Below, one piece after another: positions 39,136 to 46,904 of a DNA stretch of 60,508 nucleotides. The notes under the pieces were generated by a model. The model ran no database searches and was not told the origin of the DNA. It saw nothing but the letters and a program-made list of their open reading frames with translations. Made by a program: the position numbers and the translations under genes. Source of the DNA: Rubrobacteraceae bacterium (GTDB taxonomy: Bacteria > Actinomycetota > Rubrobacteria > Rubrobacterales > Rubrobacteraceae); the NCBI GenBank assembly GCA_035689095.1, contig DASSMB010000195.1, positions 1 through 60,508 on the forward strand, in the 5' to 3' direction. Each line of letters opens with the position of its first letter. Positions within the stretch are counted from its first letter, which is position 1.

Positions 39136-41229
39136 GGGCGTGGCGGCGGCGACAGCAGCCCTGGCGTCGGCCATGTCGCCGGTTACGGTCTTACCGGCGG
39201 TCAACGACACCGGCTTCCCGGTGTTCATGATCAGGTTCTTCAGGGCTACGGGATTGCCCGTCAGCGCCGGGTTCACCGATGCCGCCAGCGCGGCGACTCC
39301 GGTGACGTGCGGCGTAGCCATAGAGGTGCCGTTCCAGGACTCCCACGATGCGGGGACGGCGTCGTAACCGCCCTGGGTCCGGGCGGAGGCGCCGGCGGGT
39401 GAGATCCCATCGTGGCTGATCCCGAACGGGTCCGCGAGAGCGCCGTCGAAGGTGTAGGACTCTCCCTCGAACGCCGTACCCTGGGCCCCCGTGAAGGTAT
39501 TCGTGAAGATATCCGGGTTCACGCTCAGGGCGAGCGTGCCCGTCACGAACACGGAGGTCTCATTCTGATAGAGCGCGTCCCTCCCGGTGATGACGAGCTT
39601 GCCGCCCCCATTGAGGAAGTTGGTAAGGGTCGTGAGATCCGCCGGCGTCAGGGCCGGGATGATGTTGAAGTCGGCGTCGAAACCAGAGTAGAAGGTCTCG
39701 CCGGTCGCCCACACGACGGTCTTGCCCGAGAGCTGCGCCAGCGAGGGGCCGTCCCCGTCGCCGACCGGGATCGTCTGCGGGGCGATGCCCGTGGCAGTTT
39801 GTATCGCCGCCGCGATGGTCGGCCCTACGTCCGCGTTTGAGTCGTGACTCCGGTCGTCGTCCACCAGGATCACCTGCTGGCTGCCACGACCGATGGCCTG
39901 AAACACCTTCGTCATGAACGACGCGCGCCCGGCCGCGGTACCTATCTCTTCGTCACCGAATCCGGCCGTGATCGCCTTGCCTGACGTCCCCACGGACGAC
40001 AGGGCCGCGGCGGGAGTCCCCGGACTGCCGGGGACCGAGCTGAGGATGTCCACGCCCGGCGCGGAGATGTCCACCGAAGTCGCCCCGTAGTTGCTGAAGC
40101 CGCCAAGACCGCCCCTGTTATTGACAGCCGCCACCGACAGGATGTTCGAACTGTTGTACGAGGCCGGGTACATCGGGACGGTGTCGTTGTTGTCGCCTAC
40201 CCCGTCCGCGCCGCCGTTGCCCGCCGCGGCGACGAAGAGGCTGCCGGAGGCTTCTATGGCGTCCTTGAGCGCCTGGCTAAAATCTCCTCCGCCCCAGGAG
40301 TTGTTGGAGATCTTCGCGCCCTCGCTCTTGGCGTACTGGATCGCCTCTATCGCCCCGGAGGTGCTGTTGCAGCCGGGTCCGGTACCGGCGTTGCTGAGGA
40401 ACTTCAAGGCCATTATCTTGACGTTAGGCGCGACGCCCGTGATGCCCTGGTTGTTAACGGAGGCGGCGATGGTGCCAGCGACGTGGGTGCCGTGGCTGTC
40501 GTCGCCCGGATCGTGGACCGTCGCGTCCTGGTGGCAGACGTCCCAGCCGTTTACATCGTCCACCTTACCGTTCGCGTCGTCGTCCACGCCGTTACCGGGG
40601 ATCTCGCCGGGGCTGTTCCATTGCCGGCCCGCCAGGTCGGGATGAGAGAAATCCACCCCGTCGTCTATGACGGCTACGACCAGATTCGGGTCGCCCTGGG
40701 TTACGGCGGCGGCCTCGAGTCCGTTTATGTCCACGTTCGACACGCCTGTGGAGCCGTTGATGACCTGCCCGGTGTTGTGCAGGCCCCACAACTCGGAGAA
40801 GCGCGGCTCGTCCGCGTAGGCGGTAGGATACAGACGGTAGTCCTTCTCGGCGTATTCGACATCCGGGCGGTTCTCAAGGTCGCGGATGGCCTGCTCGACC
40901 GGCTGTCCGCTCACCTCGTTTACCTCGGCGTCTATAAGGTCGAGGTTTTCCACCTTCTCCAGCCCCTCATCCCGCCGGGCATCGGCCTGGGCTGCCGGAC
41001 GGACGTCTTTCTTGAACTTCACGATGATCTGGCCGGGTATCGCCTCCCTATCCGGCCGGGCCTTGAAGGTCGGATGGTCTCCCCCGGCGGTAGCTCCGGC
41101 CGGACGCGCCTCTCGCGCCGCGGCGTCCGGCAACGTCGTTACCAGCACCGAAAAGGCCAGCATGACGGCCACGCCGAGGGCGAGGGTCGTACCCCCCGCC
41201 ACTCTTTGCGTCCCGGATAGGATGGTCAT
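38839..41229 (-). CDS. secreted S8 subtilisin-family peptidase with I9 propeptide, about 225-aa internal insert and C-terminal Ig-like domain
   Basis: Signal peptide. Propeptide 'IIVKFKK..'. Asp 'VAVIDDGVD', His 'SHGTHVAG', Ser 'GTSMATPHVTG'. C-terminal 'PTISGMSPR...KIVATDAAGNVGAKSWYFTIR'. Confidence 0.9.
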   Translation of the reverse strand: MTILSGTQRVAGGTTLALGVAVMLAFSVLVTTLPDAAAREARPAGATAGGDHPTFKARPDREAIPGQIIVKFKKDVRPAAQADARRDEGLEKVENLDLIDAEVNEVSGQPVEQAIRDLENRPDVEYAEKDYRLYPTAYADEPRFSELWGLHNTGQVINGSTGVSNVDINGLEAAAVTQGDPNLVVAVIDDGVDFSHPDLAGRQWNSPGEIPGNGVDDDANGKVDDVNGWDVCHQDATVHDPGDDSHGTHVAGTIAASVNNQGITGVAPNVKIMALKFLSNAGTGPGCNSTSGAIEAIQYAKSEGAKISNNSWGGGDFSQALKDAIEASGSLFVAAAGNGGADGVGDNNDTVPMYPASYNSSNILSVAAVNNRGGLGGFSNYGATSVDISAPGVDILSSVPGSPGTPAAALSSVGTSGKAITAGFGDEEIGTAAGRASFMTKVFQAIGRGSQQVILVDDDRSHDSNADVGPTIAAAIQTATGIAPQTIPVGDGDGPSLAQLSGKTVVWATGETFYSGFDADFNIIPALTPADLTTLTNFLNGGGKLVITGRDALYQNETSVFVTGTLALSVNPDIFTNTFTGAQGTAFEGESYTFDGALADPFGISHDGISPAGASARTQGGYDAVPASWESWNGTSMATPHVTGVAALAASVNPALTGNPVALKNLIMNTGKPVSLTAGKTVTGDMADARAAVAAATPDTIKPTISGMSPRLGSIIRDTTPTIKAIVKDNRPLGKANIKLYVNGVLISSTKYSYAASTGSLVYNSPRLAKGKKTVKIVATDAAGNVGAKSWYFTIR

Positions 41230-41295
41230 CGTCTGCTCGTTCCTTTCACGTCCTGATGTTGGTTGGTCGCGTGGCCGCTATCTCTCACGCAGGGC

Positions 41296-42867
41296 TCATG
41301 GGCAGGCCCGGATCGAGGCTTCGCGGGTGTCCGTGACGCACCTGTCGGTGCCGGTCCCGCCGTTGAGAGTATCGTTGCCGTTGACGCCGTCGCGGGAGTT
41401 GAGGGTATCGTTGCCGCTGTCCCCGAGATGTCTGTCGGATCCGGCCCCTCCCACGACCGTATCGTTGCCGAGGCCGCCCGAGAGCGTGTCGTTACCGAGA
41501 ACGCCCTGAATGCTGTCCGCGCCACCAACACCAGAGATGAGGTTCGCGAGGCTCGACCCGATGAGGCTGTCGCTGAAGTTCGAGCCGGTGAGGTTCTCTA
41601 TCCCGAGGAAGACGTCGGACCCCTCGCCCGTGGCGAAGTTGGTCGTGAGCGAGACCCTTACCGGCGTGGCGGAGTTCGCGTAGCTCGCCCGGTCCAGCCC
41701 GCTACCGCCGTTCACTATGTCGTTGCCCAGGGACCCGACGAGCGTGTCGTTACCGGCCTCCCCGAGGATGATGTCGTTACCGCCAGCGCCGTTGATGACG
41801 TCGTTGCCGTCGCCGCCGCAGAGCACGTCCTTGCCGGAGGTGCCGGTGATGACGTCGTTGCCGGTGGTGGCGTTGGTGTTGGTGCATTGCGGGACCGGCT
41901 GCCAGTCGGGGTTTATGTCATGGGCGGTACTGGTGTCTATCGGGCCCTGGCCCGTGCCGTCTGAGTTCATCACGTAGATGTTGCGGTCCGTGGAGAGTGG
42001 CGCAACGCCCACGTAGGCGATCTGGGTGCCATCGGGCGACCAGGCGGGTTGGGTGGCGGACGTGTCCGGGTTGTTGGAGACGTTGGTCTTGTTGGCTCCA
42101 GCGGGGTCCATCGTCCAAATGTTCGGTACGCCGCCTCCGGCGAACGGATTGGTCGGAGGTCCGTAGCCGTGGACGTAGGCGATCTTGCTACCGTCCGGCG
42201 ACCAGGCGGGGCTGTCGTCGTGACCCTGGTAGCAGTTCGGCGAGCATCCGGCCGGCGAGTTCGGCGTGATACTGGCCTGACCCGTGCCGTCTGAGTTCAT
42301 CACGTAGACGTTGCGGTCGGTGTCTCCGGTGCGGGCGCTCACGAAGGCGATCTTGGTTCCGTCCGGCGACCAGGCGGGCTGCGTATCGGGGAAGGTGTTG
42401 CCGGTGAGTTGCTTGCGTCCGGTGCCGTCAGCGTTGATCGTCCAGATCTCCAGGTCCGTCTGACCATCCAGGTCGAAGCTGTTGGAGACGTAGGCTATCT
42501 TCGTTCCGTCGGCCGACCATGCGGGTTCGGTCTTTGCGGGCGAACTGGTGGTGACCTGCCTGCGCCCGCTGCCATCGGCGTTCATCACGAAGATCTGGTT
42601 GCCCGACAAGAAGGCGATCCTGCCGCCGTCGGGCGAGTAGGCGGGATCCGAGCTGTTGTTCGAGGTCGTTATCCTGGTAGCCGTCTCTCCGGGGGTTATG
42701 GCGTAGATCTCGACCGGCCCATCCCGGTCGCTCTGGAAGGCGATCTTGCCGTTGTTCCCCGGAAACGCGGCCTCAGCCGGTTTCGCCGCGAGCAGCGCCA
42801 GTAGCCCCAGGGCCAACGCCGCTGCCGTTGCCATCATGAATAGCTTGATCTGTCCGGTCTTCGTCAT
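41296..42867 (-). CDS. secreted PD40/TolB-like beta-propeller protein with C-terminal RTX calcium-binding repeats
   Basis: Signal 'ALALGLLALLAAKPAEA'. Repeated 'PAWSPDGTKIAFVS / DGTGQ' PD40 blades. RTX nonapeptides 'GGDGNDVIN GAGGNDIIL GEAGNDTLV GSLGNDIVN ...' across about 41332-41865. Confidence 0.8.
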   Translation of the reverse strand: MTKTGQIKLFMMATAAALALGLLALLAAKPAEAAFPGNNGKIAFQSDRDGPVEIYAITPGETATRITTSNNSSDPAYSPDGGRIAFLSGNQIFVMNADGSGRRQVTTSSPAKTEPAWSADGTKIAYVSNSFDLDGQTDLEIWTINADGTGRKQLTGNTFPDTQPAWSPDGTKIAFVSARTGDTDRNVYVMNSDGTGQASITPNSPAGCSPNCYQGHDDSPAWSPDGSKIAYVHGYGPPTNPFAGGGVPNIWTMDPAGANKTNVSNNPDTSATQPAWSPDGTQIAYVGVAPLSTDRNIYVMNSDGTGQGPIDTSTAHDINPDWQPVPQCTNTNATTGNDVITGTSGKDVLCGGDGNDVINGAGGNDIILGEAGNDTLVGSLGNDIVNGGSGLDRASYANSATPVRVSLTTNFATGEGSDVFLGIENLTGSNFSDSLIGSSLANLISGVGGADSIQGVLGNDTLSGGLGNDTVVGGAGSDRHLGDSGNDTLNSRDGVNGNDTLNGGTGTDRCVTDTREASIRACP

Positions 42868-42951
42868 CTGCAGGTTCCTTTCTCTGCTCCGGTTGCCTTC
42901 TATCTCCCGGTCCCGGAGACGCTGATCTCTCCGGGACCTGACTTTCTTCCT

Positions 42952-43248
42952 TTACTTGATGGTGAACGACCAGGACTTCGAGCCCACGTTGCCCGCCGGA
43001 TCCGTGGCTACGATCTTCACCGTCTTCTTGCCCTTCGTGAGCCTCGGCGAGTTGTAGACGAGCGACCCCGTCGATGCCGTGTAGCTGAACTTCGTAGGGG
43101 AGATGAGCTTTCCAGCGACATAGAGCTTGATGTTGGCCTTGCCAAGCGGCCTGTTGTCTTTGACGGTGGCCTTGATGGTCGGCGTCGTGTCGCGGATGAC
43201 CGAGCCTTGCCTGGGGGACATGCCGCTGATGGTCGGCCTGATCGCGTC
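42952..43248. repeat. copy B of the ~300-bp near-identical segment
   Basis: See copy A (38839-39135). Confidence 0.85.
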
Positions 43249-45078
43249 TACTGTCCAGGTGCGGACCGCAGAGGTCGCATCCACGTTGCCCGCAGCGTCC
43301 TTCGCCCGCACGGAGAAGGTGTGAGATCCGTTCGAGAGTCCCGAGTAGCCCTTCGGAGAGGCGCAGGCCGCGAAGTCGCCGCCGTCCAGCTTGCACTCGA
43401 AGCTCGCGCCGGTCTCGTCGGAGGAGAATCCGAAGCTCGCCGTGGTGCTGTTGGTGAGTGCGGGAGGCCCGGAGGAGATCGCGGTGTCTGGCGCGGTGGT
43501 GTCGAGCTGACTATCGAGCTGAATATCGTCCTGTATCGCCGCCGTCGAGACGTTGCCCGCGTTGTCGCGGTACTCGACGTGGACGGTCTTGGTCCCGTCG
43601 CCCGCGCTCAGGAGCCACGAACGGCTCGTCGCGAAGGGCTCCCAGGCGGACCACGTGTCGGTGTTCTCGTTGCGGAAGCGCATGTGGCCCACGCCGGAAC
43701 CGGGCAGCGGGTCCGTGGCCGAGAGAGCGAGGCTCACCGTCGCGTTGTTCGTGGCGGCGGCATCGTTGTTGACCTTGATCGTGCCGGTCGGCGCGACGTT
43801 GTTGACTGAGACGGTCTTGGTGTACGCGTTGGTGCCGCCGTCCTTATCCGTGACCTTTCCCTTCACCGTCAGGCTCGGCTGGTCGAGCGCGGTGCAGCTC
43901 TTGCTCGCGGTGGTGGACGGAACGTAGCCCAATCCGTCTCCGCAGTCGAAGGTATAGGAGAGCGTATCCCTGTCGGCGCTCGACGGCTCGGCGACGCTCG
44001 TGAGCGAGATCGTAAAGTTGCTGCCCTGGTCCGTGGAAGCCGGAGCTTCGAAGGTAGCGGTCGGCGCAACGTTGTTGACCGAGATGGTCTTGGTGTACTC
44101 GCTGAAGCCGCCGTCCTTGTCGATGATCCGGGCGCGTACGGTCTTGGCACCGTTGTCGTCGAAGGCGCAATCGGTGGAAGTAGCGGTGCCACTGCTGGCG
44201 TAGGTAGCCCCGTCGAGCGAACCGCCGTTACAGTCGAAGGCGTAGTGGAACCCGGCGGTCGTGTCGGTCTGCCCATCTTGAGGAGATACAAAGTTGCCTT
44301 TGGTCAGGGAGATCGTCGCCGTACCGCCCTCGTTGATCGACGCCGGTGCGTCGAGCGCCGCGACCGGGTTGCGGTTGGTGATAGTGACGTTCACGGTAGC
44401 GGTGCGGGAAGCTCCGTCACTGTCGGTCGCAGTCGCGCTCACCGTACCCGTCGCCGGGCCGTCGAAGAAGCCACACCAGACGGTGCTTGAGCTCTCCTGC
44501 CACTCGGACCCGTTGGAACCGCAACCGGTGTTCAAGGTCCATGTATCGTTGCCGGGGTCGCTTACCGAGAGGTTATATCCATAGGAGCTGTAGCCCAGCG
44601 CGAAACTGCCCCCCTCCGGCACGCTCGGGAAGCTGTTTTGCAGGTTAACAGTGGGGGCAACGTTGTTGACGGTGAGCGAGAAGGTAGTAGTCGAAGTATC
44701 CGTTCCGTCCGCAGCGGTGATCGTGACGGTCTGGCTCTGATCGGGACCGTCGTTGGTATTGAAGGACCAGTTCCAGGCGCCAGTAGCATCGTCCTTCGTC
44801 ACGGTCCCGACGGAGGCCGAGAGGGTAACGGTAGCGTTGCCGTCCGGGTCCGAGTAGGTGCCGGTGTTGACCGCGGTCTGACCCTCGTTGACCGTGACGA
44901 TAGCGTTATCGGCGGCTACTTCGGGAGGGTTGTTGGCACCGGGGTCGCAGGTGTCGCAGGGCAGGGGGACCGCCTTCGCCGGAGCCGCCGCGAGAGCGAG
45001 TCCCAGAACGAAAAGTAGCGCCGCCGCCACGGCGAGGCGCCTCGCGTTCTCCAACCCGGTAAAGCTCTTGACTAACAT
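42952..45078 (-). CDS. secreted PKD/cadherin-like multi-repeat adhesin-like protein with C-terminal Ig-like domains
   Basis: Signal 'LLFVLGLALAAAPAKA'. Four modules, each bounded by 'VNNVAPT'/'NRNPVA'. Then 'TAPDT..FECKLDGG..SHTFSVRAKDAAGN' and 'PTISGMSPR...KIVATDPAGNVGSKSWSFTIK'. Confidence 0.8.
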   Translation of the reverse strand: MLVKSFTGLENARRLAVAAALLFVLGLALAAAPAKAVPLPCDTCDPGANNPPEVAADNAIVTVNEGQTAVNTGTYSDPDGNATVTLSASVGTVTKDDATGAWNWSFNTNDGPDQSQTVTITAADGTDTSTTTFSLTVNNVAPTVNLQNSFPSVPEGGSFALGYSSYGYNLSVSDPGNDTWTLNTGCGSNGSEWQESSSTVWCGFFDGPATGTVSATATDSDGASRTATVNVTITNRNPVAALDAPASINEGGTATISLTKGNFVSPQDGQTDTTAGFHYAFDCNGGSLDGATYASSGTATSTDCAFDDNGAKTVRARIIDKDGGFSEYTKTISVNNVAPTATFEAPASTDQGSNFTISLTSVAEPSSADRDTLSYTFDCGDGLGYVPSTTASKSCTALDQPSLTVKGKVTDKDGGTNAYTKTVSVNNVAPTGTIKVNNDAAATNNATVSLALSATDPLPGSGVGHMRFRNENTDTWSAWEPFATSRSWLLSAGDGTKTVHVEYRDNAGNVSTAAIQDDIQLDSQLDTTAPDTAISSGPPALTNSTTASFGFSSDETGASFECKLDGGDFAACASPKGYSGLSNGSHTFSVRAKDAAGNVDATSAVRTWTVDAIRPTISGMSPRQGSVIRDTTPTIKATVKDNRPLGKANIKLYVAGKLISPTKFSYTASTGSLVYNSPRLTKGKKTVKIVATDPAGNVGSKSWSFTIK

Positions 45079-45128
45079 GACCGCCGCAACCTCCGCTCCC
45101 TGTCTACGCCCCGCGCGTTTCTGACCTG

Positions 45129-45163
45129 CACTCTAAGAGACGCGGTGTCCCGCCGTCATGAGG
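45129..45163 (-). promoter_or_regulatory. conserved promoter/operator-like motif upstream of the PKD gene
   Basis: The 14-mer cactctaagagacg (minus reading CGTCTCTTAGAGTG, containing a TAGAGT -10 candidate) plus 'tcccgc' 5 nt beyond it. The same arrangement occurs at 47403-47437. Confidence 0.5.
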
Positions 45164-45334
45164 CAGTGTCCCGGTTTGGCCGGGAAGAATGTCCCGATCT
45201 CGTGGGCTTTGATCGCTGCGGCCGGTTACTTGGAGAGCTTCACGCCGGGCGCGGGCGACGCGGGTCTGGCAAGATGGGTAGCGGCGCGGTTACGGAGGGT
45301 ATCTAGCGTTCTGGCGGCGAATGGAGGGCTGACC

Positions 45335-45853
45335 TTGACGACCAGCGGAATCGAAGAATCGGCGGCGCGGCTACTGGAGGCTTTCTACGACCTGTCGCGC
45401 GGCAGGCTCAAAGAGCCCGTGCGCCTGAGAAAGTCCGACTCGCCCCGGGCGGAAGGAGCCGCGCAGAGAGCCGGTATGGACCCCACCTCCACCGAGCCCG
45501 ACGTGGCGGTGAGGTATCTGCTGAACCAGGGTTATGTCGAGGCGACCGGCACGAACGCCGCCTACGCCATAACCGTACCCGGCATGGACCTCGTGCGGCA
45601 GAGGCGCGGCCTGGAGGATCCTCCGAGCGAAAGGAAGAAGATGAGCGACAAGCGGCAGCGGCAACTGGTGACGGCCCTGGCGATAATTATAGCCATGGTG
45701 CTAACACGACCGATCACCCGCTTTATAGACGAGGAGATCCCGGAGCGCCGGGGCATCAAGGACGACCTGCTGGAAGCGGCATTGCAGGGTCTTGTCCGAG
45801 CGGCGGCGATCTTCGCCGCCTCCGCCATCGTTCGGAAGCTGGCCTCCAGGTAA
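45335..45853 (+). CDS. hypothetical protein (wHTH-like segment plus one TM helix)
   Basis: TTG 45335 preceded by GGAGGG. 'VAVRYLLNQGYVEATGTNAAYAITVPGMDLV' then 'LVTALAIIIAMVL'. The track start 45158 overlaps the promoter motif of the divergent gene and lacks an RBS. Confidence 0.4.
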   Translation: MTTSGIEESAARLLEAFYDLSRGRLKEPVRLRKSDSPRAEGAAQRAGMDPTSTEPDVAVRYLLNQGYVEATGTNAAYAITVPGMDLVRQRRGLEDPPSERKKMSDKRQRQLVTALAIIIAMVLTRPITRFIDEEIPERRGIKDDLLEAALQGLVRAAAIFAASAIVRKLASR

Positions 45854-45860
45854 GAGCGGC

Positions 45861-46333
45861 CTACTCCTTTCCCAACCCGGCTTCGCGGGCGCGGATGACG
45901 GCCTGCGCCCTATCCGCGACCTGCAGCTTGGTGAAGATGTTGGAGACGTGGTTACGGACGGTCTTGAGGCTGAGGTAGAGCATCCCGGCAATGTCCGCGT
46001 TGCCGTGTCCCTGCGCTATGAGGTTGAGGATCTCCTCTTCGCGCTCCGTTAGCTGAGGGAAGGCGCGCGGCGGGACGGTGGACTGCGGGGCGGCGAAGAA
46101 GTCCATGAGACGGCGGGCGATGGCAGGCCCGAAGATGGCCTGTCCGCCCGCGACGGAGCGGATGGAGCGCAGCACTTCATCCTGGCTGGCGTCCTTTAGC
46201 AGGTAGCCTCGCGCCCCGGCGCGCATGGCGGCGAAGACGGAATCTTCATCCTCGAACATGGTGACGACGAGGACGTTTATGTGAGGGCTCGCGCCTGTGA
46301 TCCGGCGGGTCGCCTCTATGCCGTTGATACCGG
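45861..46333 (-). pseudogene. 5'-truncated paralogue of the LuxR-type response regulator
   Basis: Reads (TAA)PGINGIEATRRITGASPHINVLVVTMFEDEDS...KTVRNHVSNIFTKLQVADRAQAVIRAREAGLGKE. Collinear with residues ~60-219 of the 34378-35037 regulator, but the phospho-acceptor Asp region is missing. Confidence 0.7.
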
Positions 46334-46334
46334 G

Positions 46335-46754
46335 TTATACAGCGCCAGCGCGCCGATGGTGTTCCAGAAGGTGGTTCCAAGAAGCACGAGCAGCAGCGCG
46401 ACGAAGAGCGCCATCCGCTCGTCGGACCTTCGCCAGAAGATGCCGGCAGCCAGCGCCCCGCACGCCACGGCGAACCCGACCTCCAGCGCGATCCGGTACA
46501 CGGCATAGAAGCCCGCGGAGAGCCCGGTGTCCGCCAGGTTGGCGCGCATGACTGCCGGGTCGATGCTCTCGGGGAGGTTGGAGAGGGTGACTATCTGCTC
46601 GTAGCGGGCGGGCGCAGGGCGTGAACGGCCCGGCGAGCAGTAGAGACACCGCGAGCCAGCCTATCCGGGCCGCGAGAAGCCGGCGGCCGCGCATCCCGGC
46701 CGAAGCTGGGACGGACTCCCCGGCGAGGCTGCCTTTAGCGGTTTGCGAGTTCAT
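46335..46754 (-). pseudogene. N-terminal remnant (frameshifted) of a paralogous sensor kinase
   Basis: 'RRLLAARIGWLAVSLLLAGPFTP' then, after a frameshift near 46620, 'ARYEQIVTLSNL..GFYAVYRIALEVGFAVACGALAAGIFWRRSDERMALFVALLLVLLGTTFWNTIGALALYNP'. Collinear with the first ~150 aa of the 35034-37229 kinase. Confidence 0.6.
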
Positions 46755-46904
46755 TGTTGGATTCTCACCTGCTCGAACCTATCGCTAAAATGAATCGTGC
46801 CACCCGTTGAGGACAAGCGCATCTTCCGTAGATACTGCCCTCCCCGAAAGAGCCGATCCCCGGCAGTCCGCGCCGCCGGGGATGAACTCGTCTTCCTCCC
46901 GGTG

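Noticed and set aside
41332-41865. Periodic DNA repetition that could be mistaken for a CRISPR-like or other non-coding tandem array.
   Set aside because: The periodicity is 27 nt and degenerate, lies in frame inside a long ORF, and encodes GGxGxD RTX nonapeptides. There is no repeat-spacer structure.
45158-45334. ATG 45158 as the start of the hypothetical plus-strand gene.
   Set aside because: It sits inside the conserved promoter-like motif of the divergent PKD gene and has no RBS, and the first ~60 codons look non-coding. TTG 45335 with GGAGGG is preferred, but the whole gene call remains weak.
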